Below are positions 63,002-64,000 of a stretch of 64,000 nucleotides of DNA, piece after piece. Below the pieces are notes generated by a model. That model did not search any database. It was not told the origin of the DNA and saw nothing but the letters and a program-made list of their open reading frames with translations. Both the position numbers and the translations under genes were made by a program. This DNA is from an uncultured Chloroflexia bacterium (GTDB lineage Bacteria > Chloroflexota > Limnocylindria > Limnocylindrales > CSP1-4): contig CAVZYT010000002.1 in assembly GCA_963779575.1 (NCBI GenBank), forward strand, positions 213,191-277,190, in the 5' to 3' direction. Positions within the stretch are counted from its first letter, which is position 1, and each line of letters opens with the position of its first letter.

Positions 63002-64000
63002 ATGGTCGGGATCCGGACGCGCCTCGCGTCACGCTCGTCCTCCTCGTCGCCCTCACCGTCGCCGCGATCGGCATCGGGGTCTACGCGTTCGTGGAGTCGT
63101 CGCTGCGCGAGCGGATGCTCGCCGACGCCCGCCAGCAGGCCGACTTCAACCTCTCGGTGCTGCTGCCCGGCCGAGGTGCCCCGGCCGACCGACTCCGCGA
63201 GCTTCGCGGCCAGCGGGCTGCCCGAGGCGTTCCAGCTGCGCGGCGACGTGGAGACGATCGCGGACTTCGGCGACGGCAACCCGTACACGCCCGCGCGCCT
63301 GCTGGGCGGCCTCGACGAGCTCTCGCCCGACCTGCGCGCGATCGTCGCCGGCGGCGAGCTCGGCTACGCCTGGCAGACGCTCCGCGGCGAGCCGGTCCTG
63401 GTCGTCGGCGGCCGTCAGGGCGGGCCGCCCGACCTGTACTTCGTGTTCCCGACGGCCGCGGTCGAGACGGCGCTCGCGCAGCTGCGCCTCGGACTGCTCG
63501 CGGCCGGGCTGCTCGCCGTCCTCGTCGCCCTGATCACGGCCGGGTTCGTCGCCCGCGGCATCCTGCGTCCGGTCGACGAGGCGGCTCGCGCGGCGCGGCG
63601 GATCGCGGCGGCGACCTGACGGCGCGCGTGCCCGCGGGCGGGCGCGACGAGTTCGGGCGCTGGGGCGCCGAGTTCAACCGCATGGCGGACACCCTCGAGA
63701 CGACGGTCGGCCGGCTCGAGGCGTCGCAGCAGCAGAACCGGCGGTTCGTCGCCGACGTGGCCCACGAGCTGCGGACGCCGCTCACCGCGCTGGTCGCCGA
63801 GGCCTCGCTGATCGAGACCGGGGCTCGACGGCATGTCGCCCGACGGACGGCGCGCCGCGGAGCTCCTGGTCGCCGACGTCCGCCGGCTGCGGACGCTCGT
63901 CGACGAGCTGATGGAGGTCTCGCGCTTCGACGCGGACGCCGAGACGCGTCAGCCTCGCAGCCGGTCGACCTCGGCCGGCTCGTGACGACCGTCGGTGATG
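63002..64000 (+). pseudogene. sensor histidine kinase (MtrB-like), frameshifted, 3' end beyond the window
   Basis: ATG 63002. TM1 is recoverable in an alternate frame (LVLLVALTVAAIGIGVYAFV), followed by the periplasmic part, TM2 LLAAGLLAVLVALITAGFVA, HAMP (EFGRWGAEFNRMADTL) and the H-box ADVAHELRTPLTAL. Confidence 0.75.

Overview
This is a 64-kb, very GC-rich chromosomal segment (roughly 70% or more by eye, not computed) with Actinomycetota-like gene content and partial actinobacterial synteny. The backbone is housekeeping and DNA repair/replication. On the minus strand: pyrF (partial), a membrane-anchored PD40 propeller, recJ, secF, secD and uvrC. Then come a ~3.8-kb secreted phosphodiesterase/5'-nucleotidase fusion, a UvrD-like helicase, a GNAT, uvrA, uvrB, coaE, an ABC-F ATPase, mutM, polA, pfkA and dnaE. 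Interspersed are:
- a Tad minor-pilin/CpaB block without its motor;
- an orphan DUF4280 (PAAR-like) gene;
- two OmpR/histidine-kinase pairs;
- two ECF sigma/anti-sigma modules, one with a 447-bp ~99% identical tandem duplication of the anti-sigma N-terminus and one with a Kelch propeller partner;
- tRNA-Leu(CAA);
- a SARP-STAND ATPase-TM-WD40 regulator flanked by two secreted beta-propeller genes that share SARP-type heptad arrays, conserved leaders and a common terminator hairpin;
- a lower-GC islet with a vapBC cassette that truncates an MBL-fold gene;
- F420-type oxidoreductases.
I saw no rRNA, CRISPR array, transposase, integrase or phage genes. Many genes are frame-disrupted, in patches. 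Where I could reconstruct the junction, the lesion is a 1-nt change in a G/C homopolymer, so assembly indel error is the simplest explanation. It cannot be proven from sequence alone. The long Arg/Pro/Gly-rich alternate-frame ORFs in the supplied track are GC-driven shadow ORFs and were ignored. All calls rest on my own reading of translations and motifs; no database search was possible.
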